Below are positions 1-7,666 of a stretch of 28,099 bases of DNA, in pieces. This DNA is from an archaeon (GTDB lineage: Archaea; Iainarchaeota; Iainarchaeia; Iainarchaeales; GCA-2688035). The stretch lies in NCBI GenBank assembly GCA_030616665.1, contig JAUWWX010000001.1, positions 1-28,099 of the forward strand. Direction: 5' to 3'. How positions within the stretch are numbered: the stretch's first letter is position 1; the number at the start of each line of letters is the position of its first letter. Position numbers and translations under genes: made by a program. The notes beneath the pieces are model-generated. The model was given only the letters and a program-made list of their open reading frames with translations. It ran no database searches and was not told where the DNA came from.

Positions 1-222
1 AAGCACCGGCAGCTGCTTGACCAGATCTTAAGCATCAAGGCAAAGAAGCCTGTGCCAAGCAGCAAGCCTGGAAATGTCTCCCTCAAGGTTTTGCAGAACG
101 TGCCTGCCTTCATGGGCAGTGATATGAAGGAATACGGCCCCTTTGAAAAGGACAAGAGCATAGCGGTTCCGGAAAAGATTGCTAGCCTGCTTGTTTCAAG
201 AAAGCTGGCTGAGAGGGCTTGA
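1..222 (+). CDS. GINS complex subunit (Gins51/Gins15-type), C-terminal B-domain, 5'-truncated by the window edge
   Basis: Frame 1 is open from base 1 to TGA at 220-222: ...VSLKVLQNVPAFMGSDMKEYGPFEKDKSIAVPEKIASLLVSRKLAERA. This resembles the archaeal Gins51 B-domain pattern (VxxxxPxFxGxDxxxYGPF...VxxPxxxAxLL). It occupies the usual position upstream of S27e/aIF2a. Confidence 0.75.
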   Translation, partial: KHRQLLDQILSIKAKKPVPSSKPGNVSLKVLQNVPAFMGSDMKEYGPFEKDKSIAVPEKIASLLVSRKLAERA

Positions 223-223
223 G

Positions 224-424
224 GTGTTTTTTATCAGGAATACACAACTTGCAAGGGAGCCAAGCACCTTCTTTTTGAGGGTGAAGTGCAGTGGCTGCGG
301 GAACGAGCAGGTTATCTTCAGCGCTGCAAGCATGGCCGTACTCTGCCTCGGCTGCAACCAGGTTCTTGCTGCCAGTGGCCCTGGCAAAATAATTTTGAAG
401 TCAAAGGTTGTAAAATCTTTTTAG
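224..424 (+). CDS. rps27e: 30S ribosomal protein S27e (eS27), zinc ribbon
   Basis: FLRVKCSGCGNEQVIFSAAS...CLGCNQVLA...GK has the CxxC...CxxC S27e signature. The start is uncertain: GTG at 224 or ATC at 233. Confidence 0.92.
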   Translation: MFFIRNTQLAREPSTFFLRVKCSGCGNEQVIFSAASMAVLCLGCNQVLAASGPGKIILKSKVVKSF

Positions 425-486
425 GGTGTTGCGAAAAATGGGTTCTGGCTCGAAGGTTGTGAATTTTTTTTAAGGGTGTTGTGAAG

Positions 487-1260
487 ATGGATGAGAACCA
501 AGATGTGCCGGATATGGGCGAAACCGTTGTATGCAAAGTGAAGCAGGTCCTCAACTATGGTGCGTTTGTTGAGCTTGTGGAATACGGCAACAGAAAGGGC
601 TTTGTGCATATAAGCCAGGTTGCTACCAGGTGGGTAAAAAACATAAGGAACTTTGTCAAAGAGGGCCAGGTCAGGGCTGCAAAGGTCCTTTCAATTAATA
701 GGGAGAGGGGTCAGATAGACTTGTCTTTCACCAAAGTTTCGAGTCATGCCCAAAGGGCAAGAATAGAGGAGTGGAAGCAGCTGAAGCGGTGCAGGAAGCT
801 GCTTGAAATCCTTGCAAAAGAGCAGCACAAAACCTTCGAGGAAGCCTGGGAGGCTATTGCAAACCCATTGCTTGAAAAATATGACCGCTTGGCAGAGGCA
901 TTCCAAGAAATTGCATTGCATGAGGAAGCCGCAGCAGGTGTTGACAGCAAGTGGCTCAAGCCGTTAGTGGAAATGGTTAAGAAAAACGTGCCACCTCCAG
1001 AAAAAACGCTTAAGGGAACGCTTTCGCTGAGAAGCTTTAGACCTGATGGCGTAGATGCAATCAAGCAGGCCCTATTAAAGGCAGAGAAATTGAAGGGAAA
1101 GAAGATTGAACTTTTTTACAGCGGCGGCGGAAAATACGCTCTAAAAGCAACCGCCTCAGATTTCAAAAAAGCAGAAAAGGAGCTTAATGAGGCCGCTGCA
1201 ATGGTGGTAGAAACAGTGAAGGCTTCCGACGGAGAAGCAAACTTTGAGAGGGCTGACTAG
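487..1260 (+). CDS. eif2a: Translation initiation factor aIF2 subunit alpha
   Basis: N-terminal S1 domain (VCKVKQVLNYGAFVELVEY...GFVHISQV...IDLS), helical middle domain and C-terminal alpha/beta domain (YSGGGKYALKATASDFKKAE). ATG 487 preferred, with GGTG about 8 nt upstream. Confidence 0.95.
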   Translation: MDENQDVPDMGETVVCKVKQVLNYGAFVELVEYGNRKGFVHISQVATRWVKNIRNFVKEGQVRAAKVLSINRERGQIDLSFTKVSSHAQRARIEEWKQLKRCRKLLEILAKEQHKTFEEAWEAIANPLLEKYDRLAEAFQEIALHEEAAAGVDSKWLKPLVEMVKKNVPPPEKTLKGTLSLRSFRPDGVDAIKQALLKAEKLKGKKIELFYSGGGKYALKATASDFKKAEKELNEAAAMVVETVKASDGEANFERAD

Positions 1261-1261
1261 G

Positions 1262-2038
1262 ATGGGAACAAAGGTTGTTTTCTTGAAGAAGAAAAGGCTT
1301 TCAAAGCCAGTCCTTTTTGTGGGATTGCCAGGCATTGGCCTGGTTGGAAAAATCTGCGCGGACTACTTTTTGAAACAGTTCAAGACAGAGCTCATAGCAG
1401 AAGTCTACAGTGACAGCTTTCCGCCAACAGTCCACACAAAGGCCGGCCTAATAGACCTGATCACAGACCAGCTGCACGCATTCAAGTTCAAGGGAAGGCA
1501 CTTCCTTTTCCTTGCTGGGCCGGTGCAGCCAAGCCTTGATTTTAGGGCAGGCGGTTCACAAGAGCACTACGATTTTGCGGAGAGAATTGTTGAGACTGTA
1601 AAAAGCCTGGGTGTGAAACAGGTTTTTACCCTTGCAGGGATAAACATCGGCGACAAGAGGATGGAAGTGCAGCCAAGCGTTGTCGTTGCGGCAACAAACA
1701 AAAGGCTGTTGCAAGAATTCAAGGCAATTGGCGCGAAGTCAGATGAAAAAGAAGGCCTTATAAGCGGGGCAGCTGGCATGATTTTGGGAATCGCTGCACA
1801 GCACGGTTTGGAAGGAGCCTGCCTCATGGGCGAGACAAACGCAAAACTTGTTTACGGAGACCACGGCGCAGCCAAAAAGCTGATCGAGTTGCTTGTCAAG
1901 CGCTTTGGCTTCGAGGTTGACATGAAAAGCATTGAAAGGGAAGCCAAAAACATCGAGGAAGCCTTCAAAAAGCTCGTCAGGCAGTTCGAGGAAGTGGAAG
2001 AAAAGATGCCCCCAGAGGGGCCAAGCTACGTGAGGTAA
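1262..2038 (+). CDS. PAC2 family proteasome assembly chaperone-like protein
   Basis: VLFVGLPGIGLVGKI, ISGAAGMILG, GACLMGET and a C-terminal ...SYVR tail. Conserved position after aIF2a. ATG 1262 directly follows the aIF2a stop. Confidence 0.9.
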   Translation: MGTKVVFLKKKRLSKPVLFVGLPGIGLVGKICADYFLKQFKTELIAEVYSDSFPPTVHTKAGLIDLITDQLHAFKFKGRHFLFLAGPVQPSLDFRAGGSQEHYDFAERIVETVKSLGVKQVFTLAGINIGDKRMEVQPSVVVAATNKRLLQEFKAIGAKSDEKEGLISGAAGMILGIAAQHGLEGACLMGETNAKLVYGDHGAAKKLIELLVKRFGFEVDMKSIEREAKNIEEAFKKLVRQFEEVEEKMPPEGPSYVR

Positions 2039-2051
2039 AGGATTAAACCCC

Positions 2052-2690
2052 TTACAACAAGTCCTTATAATGTTTCATTTCTGGGTGTCGCTTAAGCATT
2101 TCAAGCACTCTTTCCACACCGTACTCTACTATTCTGGGAGTGGTCTTGTGCTTTTCTGCAATCTCTGTATAACTTTTGCCTGGTTCTCCAGCCAAGCCAA
2201 AACGCTCAAAGAAAAAAGTTCTGTATTTTGGTTGGACGCGTTGTAAGCCGTTAACAATTTTTACGACCTCTTTATTAAATTCCACGTTCTTAACCCGTTT
2301 TCTTCTATCTTGAACAGTTCCTTCAAAAGTCTTCTCACCACCCGGTATTTTGTTACTTAACGATTTAATTGATCCAGGGCTTCTTTTTTGTGCCCTGGCT
2401 TTTTCTAACTCTACTTTCAAACGGTTTTCCATTGCCACCCAGGCAAAAGTGCTAAATTTTGTCCTGCCGTCATATTTCGGTGCCAGTAGGCTCAATTCGT
2501 GAAGTGCTATTTGCTGAACGTCCTCTTTGTCCATTGCAAGCTTTTTAAAATGGCCTGAATTCTTTTCCCAAAATTTTTTACCTATTTCATATGCAAGACC
2601 CTTGTTGTTTTTGAACAAATCTTCTGGGCGCACTTTCTTTTTTGCTTTCCTGCGCTTAACCTTTTTTCCTCTTTTCCTAACAGGGACCAT
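2052..2690 (-). CDS. Sigma-70 family RNA polymerase sigma-factor-like protein (sigma2 + sigma4 regions) with a Lys/Arg-rich N-terminal extension
   Basis: Sigma2-like: LFKNNKGLAYEIGKKF...EDVQQIALHELSLLAPKYDGRTKFSTFAWVAMENRL (compare LVxxNLRLVxxIAKKY...EDLIQEGxIGLxKAxxKFDxxxGxKFSTYAxWWI). Sigma4-like: FFFERFGLAGEPGKSYTEIAEKHKTTPRIVEYGVERVLEMLKRHP (compare LRLRFGL...TLEEIG...VTRERVRQIExKALxKLRHP). Confidence 0.85.
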   Translation of the reverse strand: MVPVRKRGKKVKRRKAKKKVRPEDLFKNNKGLAYEIGKKFWEKNSGHFKKLAMDKEDVQQIALHELSLLAPKYDGRTKFSTFAWVAMENRLKVELEKARAQKRSPGSIKSLSNKIPGGEKTFEGTVQDRRKRVKNVEFNKEVVKIVNGLQRVQPKYRTFFFERFGLAGEPGKSYTEIAEKHKTTPRIVEYGVERVLEMLKRHPEMKHYKDLL

Positions 2691-2730
2691 ACGTAAAAAA
2701 TAGGCTCTTTTCCCTTTTTATCCCTTTTCC

Positions 2731-4002
2731 CTAGAATTCCCCAAGCGTCTTCTGGCCCTTAAAGCTATCCTTTTCCTTCATCTCGGCTTCAATTTCCCCT
2801 TTTTTCCTTTCAAATTCTTCCTTGCTGTCACAAATCACTGGCTTGCCGTAGTTGCCTCCACCGCCAGCAATGTAGTGGACAAAGCCCTTTCTGAAAGAAA
2901 CTACCTTTTGACCAACCCTTGGGTTTACCTGCTTCAATTCCTCTTCTGCTGCATCAATCAATGCGTTTATCTCACTCCCAAACCTTTCAACAAAGTCTCG
3001 CCACATGCTCTGCACGCTTATGCTGTTAATGCCTTGCACATTCAAGGCTAGCTGTATTATTTCTGCAAGCGGCACAATATGCAGGTAGCGTGGCCTAAAC
3101 TCTGGATGCTTGCTTTTTCCGTCTGAAAGCATTTCAATCCTGTCTCGAACGCCCCTCTTAATGGAGCCCCTGCACTTTGGGCAGCGCCAATTCAAGGCCT
3201 TTGCCTGTTCCAGGGAGAACTTGGAGTAGCATGCATTGCAGGCAGTCATGTGGTATTTGCCTTCCCTTGGGTCAAGGCCAACGTTTAGCTTAATCCTTTT
3301 TTCCTCCTTTTCCTCCAGCGCCTTTTTAAGCTCCTTAAAGGAAGGCTCTTTCATTTCAATTCTTGTGAATTCCCTGCCTATGCGATAAGGCCAGGGGCTG
3401 TGAGCATCTGAGCACGTGAGAAATTGGTATTGCCTGTTTTCTGCAATCATGTCAGCATAGTTGGTATCAGCGCTCAAGCCAAGCTCAAGAAAATGGATGC
3501 TTTTTCCCATGTTTCCATATGCCTTTTGGATGCTGTCAAAGAAGGCGTAAACAGAAAAGTAGGGCGTGAAAGCATGCGCTGGCCCAATAATGCCGCCTGC
3601 ATCCAAAACCTTTTCCGCAATCTCTTCTGGTGAAAGCCTGATAACCGGCCTGCCGCAGCCCCAGCTGTCAAACACTGCCTTTCCCTTCAAGGATTCCTTC
3701 AAATTGAGGGCAGAGGCAAAATCCGGCAAGAACACCAAATGGTGAATCCTCTTGTTGCACTGCACTTCAACCTGCGGAATGAAGAAAACCTGCTCTTTCT
3801 TGTCCAAAAAAACACCGTTCTCTTTCTCAATAATGTTTTCGCGCAGGTGCTTCATCCAGCTTGCCTGCAGCATGTCTGCCATGCCGCAGACATCAAGGCC
3901 CTTCAGCTTTGCCTGCTCTGCAATTATTGGGATGAGCATGTTCTTGCTCACGCCCGAGCTATACGGCCCGTGGAAATGCAAATCGCAGTTGAATTCAGTC
4001 AT
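2731..4002 (-). CDS. endoQ: Endonuclease Q family protein (PHP domain + zinc finger) with C-terminal PIP box
   Basis: DLHFHGPYS, HHLVFLP, PAHAFTPYFS, ELGLSAD, SDAHSP...GREF, DPREGKYHMTACNAC...CPKC...GVRDRI, GGGGNYG. It ends in QKTLGEF, a PCNA-interacting motif. Confidence 0.92.
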   Translation of the reverse strand: MTEFNCDLHFHGPYSSGVSKNMLIPIIAEQAKLKGLDVCGMADMLQASWMKHLRENIIEKENGVFLDKKEQVFFIPQVEVQCNKRIHHLVFLPDFASALNLKESLKGKAVFDSWGCGRPVIRLSPEEIAEKVLDAGGIIGPAHAFTPYFSVYAFFDSIQKAYGNMGKSIHFLELGLSADTNYADMIAENRQYQFLTCSDAHSPWPYRIGREFTRIEMKEPSFKELKKALEEKEEKRIKLNVGLDPREGKYHMTACNACYSKFSLEQAKALNWRCPKCRGSIKRGVRDRIEMLSDGKSKHPEFRPRYLHIVPLAEIIQLALNVQGINSISVQSMWRDFVERFGSEINALIDAAEEELKQVNPRVGQKVVSFRKGFVHYIAGGGGNYGKPVICDSKEEFERKKGEIEAEMKEKDSFKGQKTLGEF

Positions 4003-4535
4003 TGCTCGCTCTCCATTTCGTCTCTAATCCTCTCAACTTCTAGCAATTTCCTTAACAGGTAAACACAATAGTGCTCTTCGGCCCCTATCTTTATTCTTAT
4101 TCCTTTCCTCTCTGTTTGCAAAGAGGTTTTTCCCAAGTATTCAAGTTTGCCAATGCGCTCTAAACTCACATCAATCATTGTTCTGAGTGTATTTATTAAA
4201 GTGCTTGCATTTTCAATACTTCTATTATTGTCAAATATTTTGAGAAGCCTGTTGTATCCTTTGACCATTTGCGCATTTTTGTCAGATAAGGCTTTTTCCC
4301 TTTCGCGCAATTTACCTATCAGTGACGCCCTTCTTTTTCCCGCTTCTGCAATCAACCGCTTTAAAATTTTCTGTTCTGCCTGGGTTTTGTTTTTAAAGTA
4401 GTTTTTTAGGACACGTTCGTGCTTTGCATCAGAATCGCTAATCCTAATCAGGCTTTTTTCCATCCTGCTTGCGCTTCTCTTCAAAGACTTTTTCCAAGCC
4501 TCTGAGCCAGGTCTTTTGTGTATTCTTTTCGGCAT
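3999..4535 (-). CDS. Hypothetical basic, helical orphan protein
   Basis: Open frame of about 178 aa from ATG 4535 (MPKRIHKRP...); the ORF track starts at 4547. Its TGA overlaps the EndoQ ATG (ATGA at 3999-4002). No recognisable motif. Confidence 0.65.
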   Translation of the reverse strand: MPKRIHKRPGSEAWKKSLKRSASRMEKSLIRISDSDAKHERVLKNYFKNKTQAEQKILKRLIAEAGKRRASLIGKLREREKALSDKNAQMVKGYNRLLKIFDNNRSIENASTLINTLRTMIDVSLERIGKLEYLGKTSLQTERKGIRIKIGAEEHYCVYLLRKLLEVERIRDEMESEQ

Positions 4536-4601
4536 GCAATCAACCAATATGCTTAATTACTTTCTCAAAGAAAATTAATTTATAGTCTGTGTTAAGGTTA
4601 A

Positions 4602-5246
4602 TCAGTGGCTTTTTCTTGTTTTTAAAAATGTCATCTGCTGTATAACGCGGTTTCTTGCTTCATTCAGTGCTACCGCGGCTTCATAGGCTGCAAATCTCAC
4701 CAGTCTCAAAAGCTCCTTTTTTGGCACTGAGTAGTTTTCCATATGTCTACTTATCCCATGTCTGTCCGCCCACTCGACTTCTGTGCCAGGGGAGTTCATC
4801 ATTATTGCCCTTCCGTACTCTTCCATTATCCCCCCTCTTTGGGTTTGACTACTTGCCAGGCTCTCAATTTTTGAAATAACTTTTAGTATGTTCTGCAGTT
4901 CGCCTTTAGATTTTGTTGTCCTAATGCCCGCACTTTTACCCTTTCTAATCTTTCGCCAAACCACTTCCATTTGGCCTGGGCCATAACCAAGTTTCATTTC
5001 TCCATATATTTTAACAAGGGCTCTTGACAATTGTTTGACGGCTGTTATCGGAATGTCTGGAGGGCTTTTTCCTATCTTCCATTCATTTGCATTTTTTTCA
5101 AAAGCAAGCTTTGCCGCTGAATCCACAGTTTTCATTGCTTCCTCGCCAAGCATAGCTATTTCGGCTCTCTTTCTAGTGGGTGAGAAATCTCTGGGCCTTG
5201 CGTAATGTACTCTTTTTTCACGTAACCTGCTTGCTCTTCTAATCAT
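4602..5246 (-). CDS. Hypothetical basic orphan protein
   Basis: 214-aa ORF with an Arg-rich N-terminus. A TATA-like TTTTTTATA lies about 24-32 nt upstream on the minus strand. No recognisable family. Confidence 0.65.
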   Translation of the reverse strand: MIRRASRLREKRVHYARPRDFSPTRKRAEIAMLGEEAMKTVDSAAKLAFEKNANEWKIGKSPPDIPITAVKQLSRALVKIYGEMKLGYGPGQMEVVWRKIRKGKSAGIRTTKSKGELQNILKVISKIESLASSQTQRGGIMEEYGRAIMMNSPGTEVEWADRHGISRHMENYSVPKKELLRLVRFAAYEAAVALNEARNRVIQQMTFLKTRKSH

Positions 5247-5287
5247 TCAATATATTGTTAATTTCTTCCTATAAAAAAGTAATAGTT
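5247..5287. promoter_or_regulatory. Compact divergent promoter region (41 bp) with TATA-like element
   Basis: AT-rich spacer between divergent ATGs at 5246 and 5288. TATAAAAAA at 5270-5278 reads TTTTTTATA on the minus strand. Confidence 0.45.
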
Positions 5288-6301
5288 ATGCCTGAATTGC
5301 ATGAGGCAATGCTTTACAGCAAGCTTGAGGGCAAGAAAGTGAAATGTGGGCTTTGCAGGAGAAACTGCCTAATCCAAGAGAATGGAAAGGGCCAGTGCGG
5401 CGTAAGGAAAAACCTTGGCGGCAAGTTGTACAGCCTTGTCTACGGCAGAACCCTTACAATGGAAATCGACCCAATAGAGAAAAAGCCCTTGTTCAACTTC
5501 AAGCCAGGAACCCAGTGCCTGGGAATCTCAACCTATGGCTGCAATTTTTTCTGCAGGCACTGCCAAAACTGGCAGATTTCACAGCAGCGCGATGAGAAGG
5601 CAATTGCTGCTGTACCCTTCACTTCCCCGGTGGAAATTGTTGAGCAGACGCTTGCAGCAGGCGTGGAGGGAATTGCCTACACTTACACCGATCCAACAAT
5701 CTTTGCAGAGTACGCTTTGGACACGATGAAGCTGGCACGCAAGAAAGGGCTTTACAACGTATGGGTAAGCAACGGCTATATGTCCAAAGAATGCATTGAC
5801 GAGATTGTCCCCTTCCTTGACGCAATCAATGTTGACTTGAAGGGTGATGCCCGCTTTTACAAAGAGATTGTTGGCAACGCAAATATTGAATTTGTCAAGG
5901 AGAACATTGCCTACTTATACAAGAAGAAAATCCATTTGGAGGTAACAAACCTAATAGTGCCTGGATACAATGACAAGGAAAAGGACTTTGAGAGTGTTAG
6001 CAGCTTCGTTGCATCCCTCTCTTCGTTTGTGCCCCTTCATTTCACGAGGTTCTGGCCCTGCTACAAGATGCAGCATTTGCCTCCAACAGATGTAGGCAAG
6101 CTGCACAAGGCAAAGGAAATAGCTGAAAAAGCCGGCTTAAAATACGTTTACATTGGAAACGTTGCGGAGGAGGAAAGCACCAAATGCCCAAAATGTAGGG
6201 CTGTCCTTATAAAGCGCTTTGGGTTTGCCGCTCAGCCAGTTGGCTTGGGCAAGAAAGGAGAATGCAGGAAATGCGGCGCAAAAACAGGGATAATTGTTTG
6301 A
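5288..6301 (+). CDS. AmmeMemoRadiSam system radical SAM enzyme (PflA-like clade)
   Basis: N-terminal CGLCRRNC...G.CGVR, DPIEKKPLFNFKPG, radical SAM CNFFCRHCQN, IAYTYTDP, C-terminal CPKC...CRKC zinc ribbon. Confidence 0.9.
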   Translation: MPELHEAMLYSKLEGKKVKCGLCRRNCLIQENGKGQCGVRKNLGGKLYSLVYGRTLTMEIDPIEKKPLFNFKPGTQCLGISTYGCNFFCRHCQNWQISQQRDEKAIAAVPFTSPVEIVEQTLAAGVEGIAYTYTDPTIFAEYALDTMKLARKKGLYNVWVSNGYMSKECIDEIVPFLDAINVDLKGDARFYKEIVGNANIEFVKENIAYLYKKKIHLEVTNLIVPGYNDKEKDFESVSSFVASLSSFVPLHFTRFWPCYKMQHLPPTDVGKLHKAKEIAEKAGLKYVYIGNVAEEESTKCPKCRAVLIKRFGFAAQPVGLGKKGECRKCGAKTGIIV

Positions 6302-6313
6302 AAGCTGACAACC

Positions 6314-6661
6314 CTAAAACAGCCCAAAGAATTTCATTACCAGCATTGCTCCAATGCCAGCCAAGCCGAATATTATGCTTATGGCAAGGGAGGGGATGAA
6401 GGGCAGTTCCACGTGGAAAACGTAGGTTAGGACGAGCCATGCAGCAATTCCCAAAATGGTGTTTATTACTATTTTCTTCAAAAAGAAGAATATCACTACT
6501 GCGGCAACGACGAGGATTATTCCCCCTGCCAGAATGACCGGGTTTCCAGCCAGTTGCAGTGCTGCTGTTCCCACGCTTTCTGCTGAGGCTGTTGCTCCCT
6601 CACCCAAGCCGTTTAGAATGTGGTCCGGCATAGGAATGTCCAAAACAGGAATTTGTATCAT
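6314..6661 (-). CDS. Small hypothetical membrane protein (about 3 TM helices)
   Basis: Hydrophobic segments ILAGGIILVVAAVVIFFFL, VINTILGIAAWLVLTYVF and LAISIIFGLAGIGAMLVMKFFGLF. Confidence 0.7.
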   Translation of the reverse strand: MIQIPVLDIPMPDHILNGLGEGATASAESVGTAALQLAGNPVILAGGIILVVAAVVIFFFLKKIVINTILGIAAWLVLTYVFHVELPFIPSLAISIIFGLAGIGAMLVMKFFGLF

Positions 6662-6768
6662 GCCAGTTATTTTTCTTGTTCAAAATGGTTTTTAAGGAAA
6701 CCCCCTTTTTTGCAGAAAGAGGGGTTTGGGTGTCATTTAAAAATTTTTGCAGGCAAAGACTTTTTTAC

Positions 6769-7405
6769 ATGGCTAGGTTTAGCGAAGAGCAGAAGAGAAT
6801 CGCACTGCTGTTAATTCACGGCCCAAAAACCTCGGAGGACCTTAATTCGCAGCTCAACATCCCGTTCAACAAGCTTTCTGATGAGCTGAAGGCAATGCTC
6901 AAGCTTGGCGTAATTGAAAAACAGGGCTTTCCAACCAAGTACAGCCTGAAAAAGAACATTGCCAGTGAAGTGCAGAAAAGGAAAAAAATAGCGGAAACTG
7001 ACCTGAACAGGCTCAGGATAAGGGCCTTCATTGAAATGCAGGCAATTGAGGAAGAGCTGCTAAAAAAAACAGCTGCTGCAGCTTGAGGAGTCAATGAAAA
7101 AGGACAGCAATTTCACCCTCTACAACCTTGACAAAGCCCCAATAGAAAAGCAGGGCGATTACTACTCAACATACTTTGAGATAAACTTCAGCGTAAAGGA
7201 CTTTGCTTCCCTAATAAGGTTCATGTTCTTCTACGGGCCGAGCAGCGTCGAGGTTGTGAAGCCAGCCAAAATAGAGTTCAGCGCCCAAGACCTGCAAGAC
7301 GGTCTAATGGAAACAGCCGACATGGTGCAAAAGTACAGTTCTGCAATCCACAAGCTGCTTAACAGGGAAGAGCTTGAAAGGTTCAACGCCGAGTTGTATA
7401 AGTGA
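6769..7405 (+). pseudogene. Winged-helix protein fused to a conserved archaeal domain, interrupted by a +1 frameshift in an A8 run (7062-7069)
   Basis: ORF1 (ATG 6769) encodes a wHTH (LLLIHGPKTSEDLNSQLNIPFNKLSDELKAMLKLGVIEKQG) and ends abnormally in KKTAAAA*. Removing one A gives ...EEELLKKQLLQLEESMKKDSNF..., in frame with ORF2 (7094-7405), for a 211-aa product. Confidence 0.75.
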
Positions 7406-7530
7406 ATTCCCTCTTTTTTTCGTCAATTGAGGAAAAACAATGCTTCGACAATTGTACGGCTTGGTTTCTGCAAAAGCGGTAAATCAGCCCTTATTGGCTG
7501 AAAACAGCCCTTTAAAGCCCCCTTGGAAAG

Positions 7531-7547
7531 CGAAAGGTATTTAAATA
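7531..7547 (+). promoter_or_regulatory. Strong BRE-TATA promoter of the S-layer gene
   Basis: CGAAAGGTA-TTTAAATA is a canonical BRE plus TATA box. It predicts a TSS near 7570. The SD GAGGTGA at 7652-7658 precedes ATG 7667. Confidence 0.75.
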
Positions 7548-7565
7548 TGCTCATGTTATTAGGTT

Positions 7566-7635
7566 ATGAGTCTAGCTAGACAAATAGTGCCTTTTCATTA
7601 TACATCACGATCGTGAAAGGTACATCTAGACTTAT
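7566..7635 (+). promoter_or_regulatory. Structured 5' leader of the S-layer mRNA
   Basis: ATGAGTCTAG (7566-75) pairs with CTAGACTTAT (7626-35). Inner GTGCCTTT (7587-94) pairs with AAAGGTAC (7616-23). Perfect palindromes GTCTAGCTAGAC (7570-81) and TCACGATCGTGA (7605-16). Confidence 0.55.
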
Positions 7636-7666
7636 TCTTTGTAAAAAAAGTGAGGTGAAACAATAA

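Noticed and set aside
2731-2754. C-terminal PIP box of EndoQ
   Set aside because: PCNA binding through a C-terminal PIP motif is already described for archaeal EndoQ. It was used only as evidence of archaeal context.
2039-5254. Integrated mobile element or provirus explanation for the AT-richer block
   Set aside because: No integrase, transposase, terminal inverted repeats, target-site duplication or tRNA-derived att site was found by eye, and endoQ inside the block has host-like composition.
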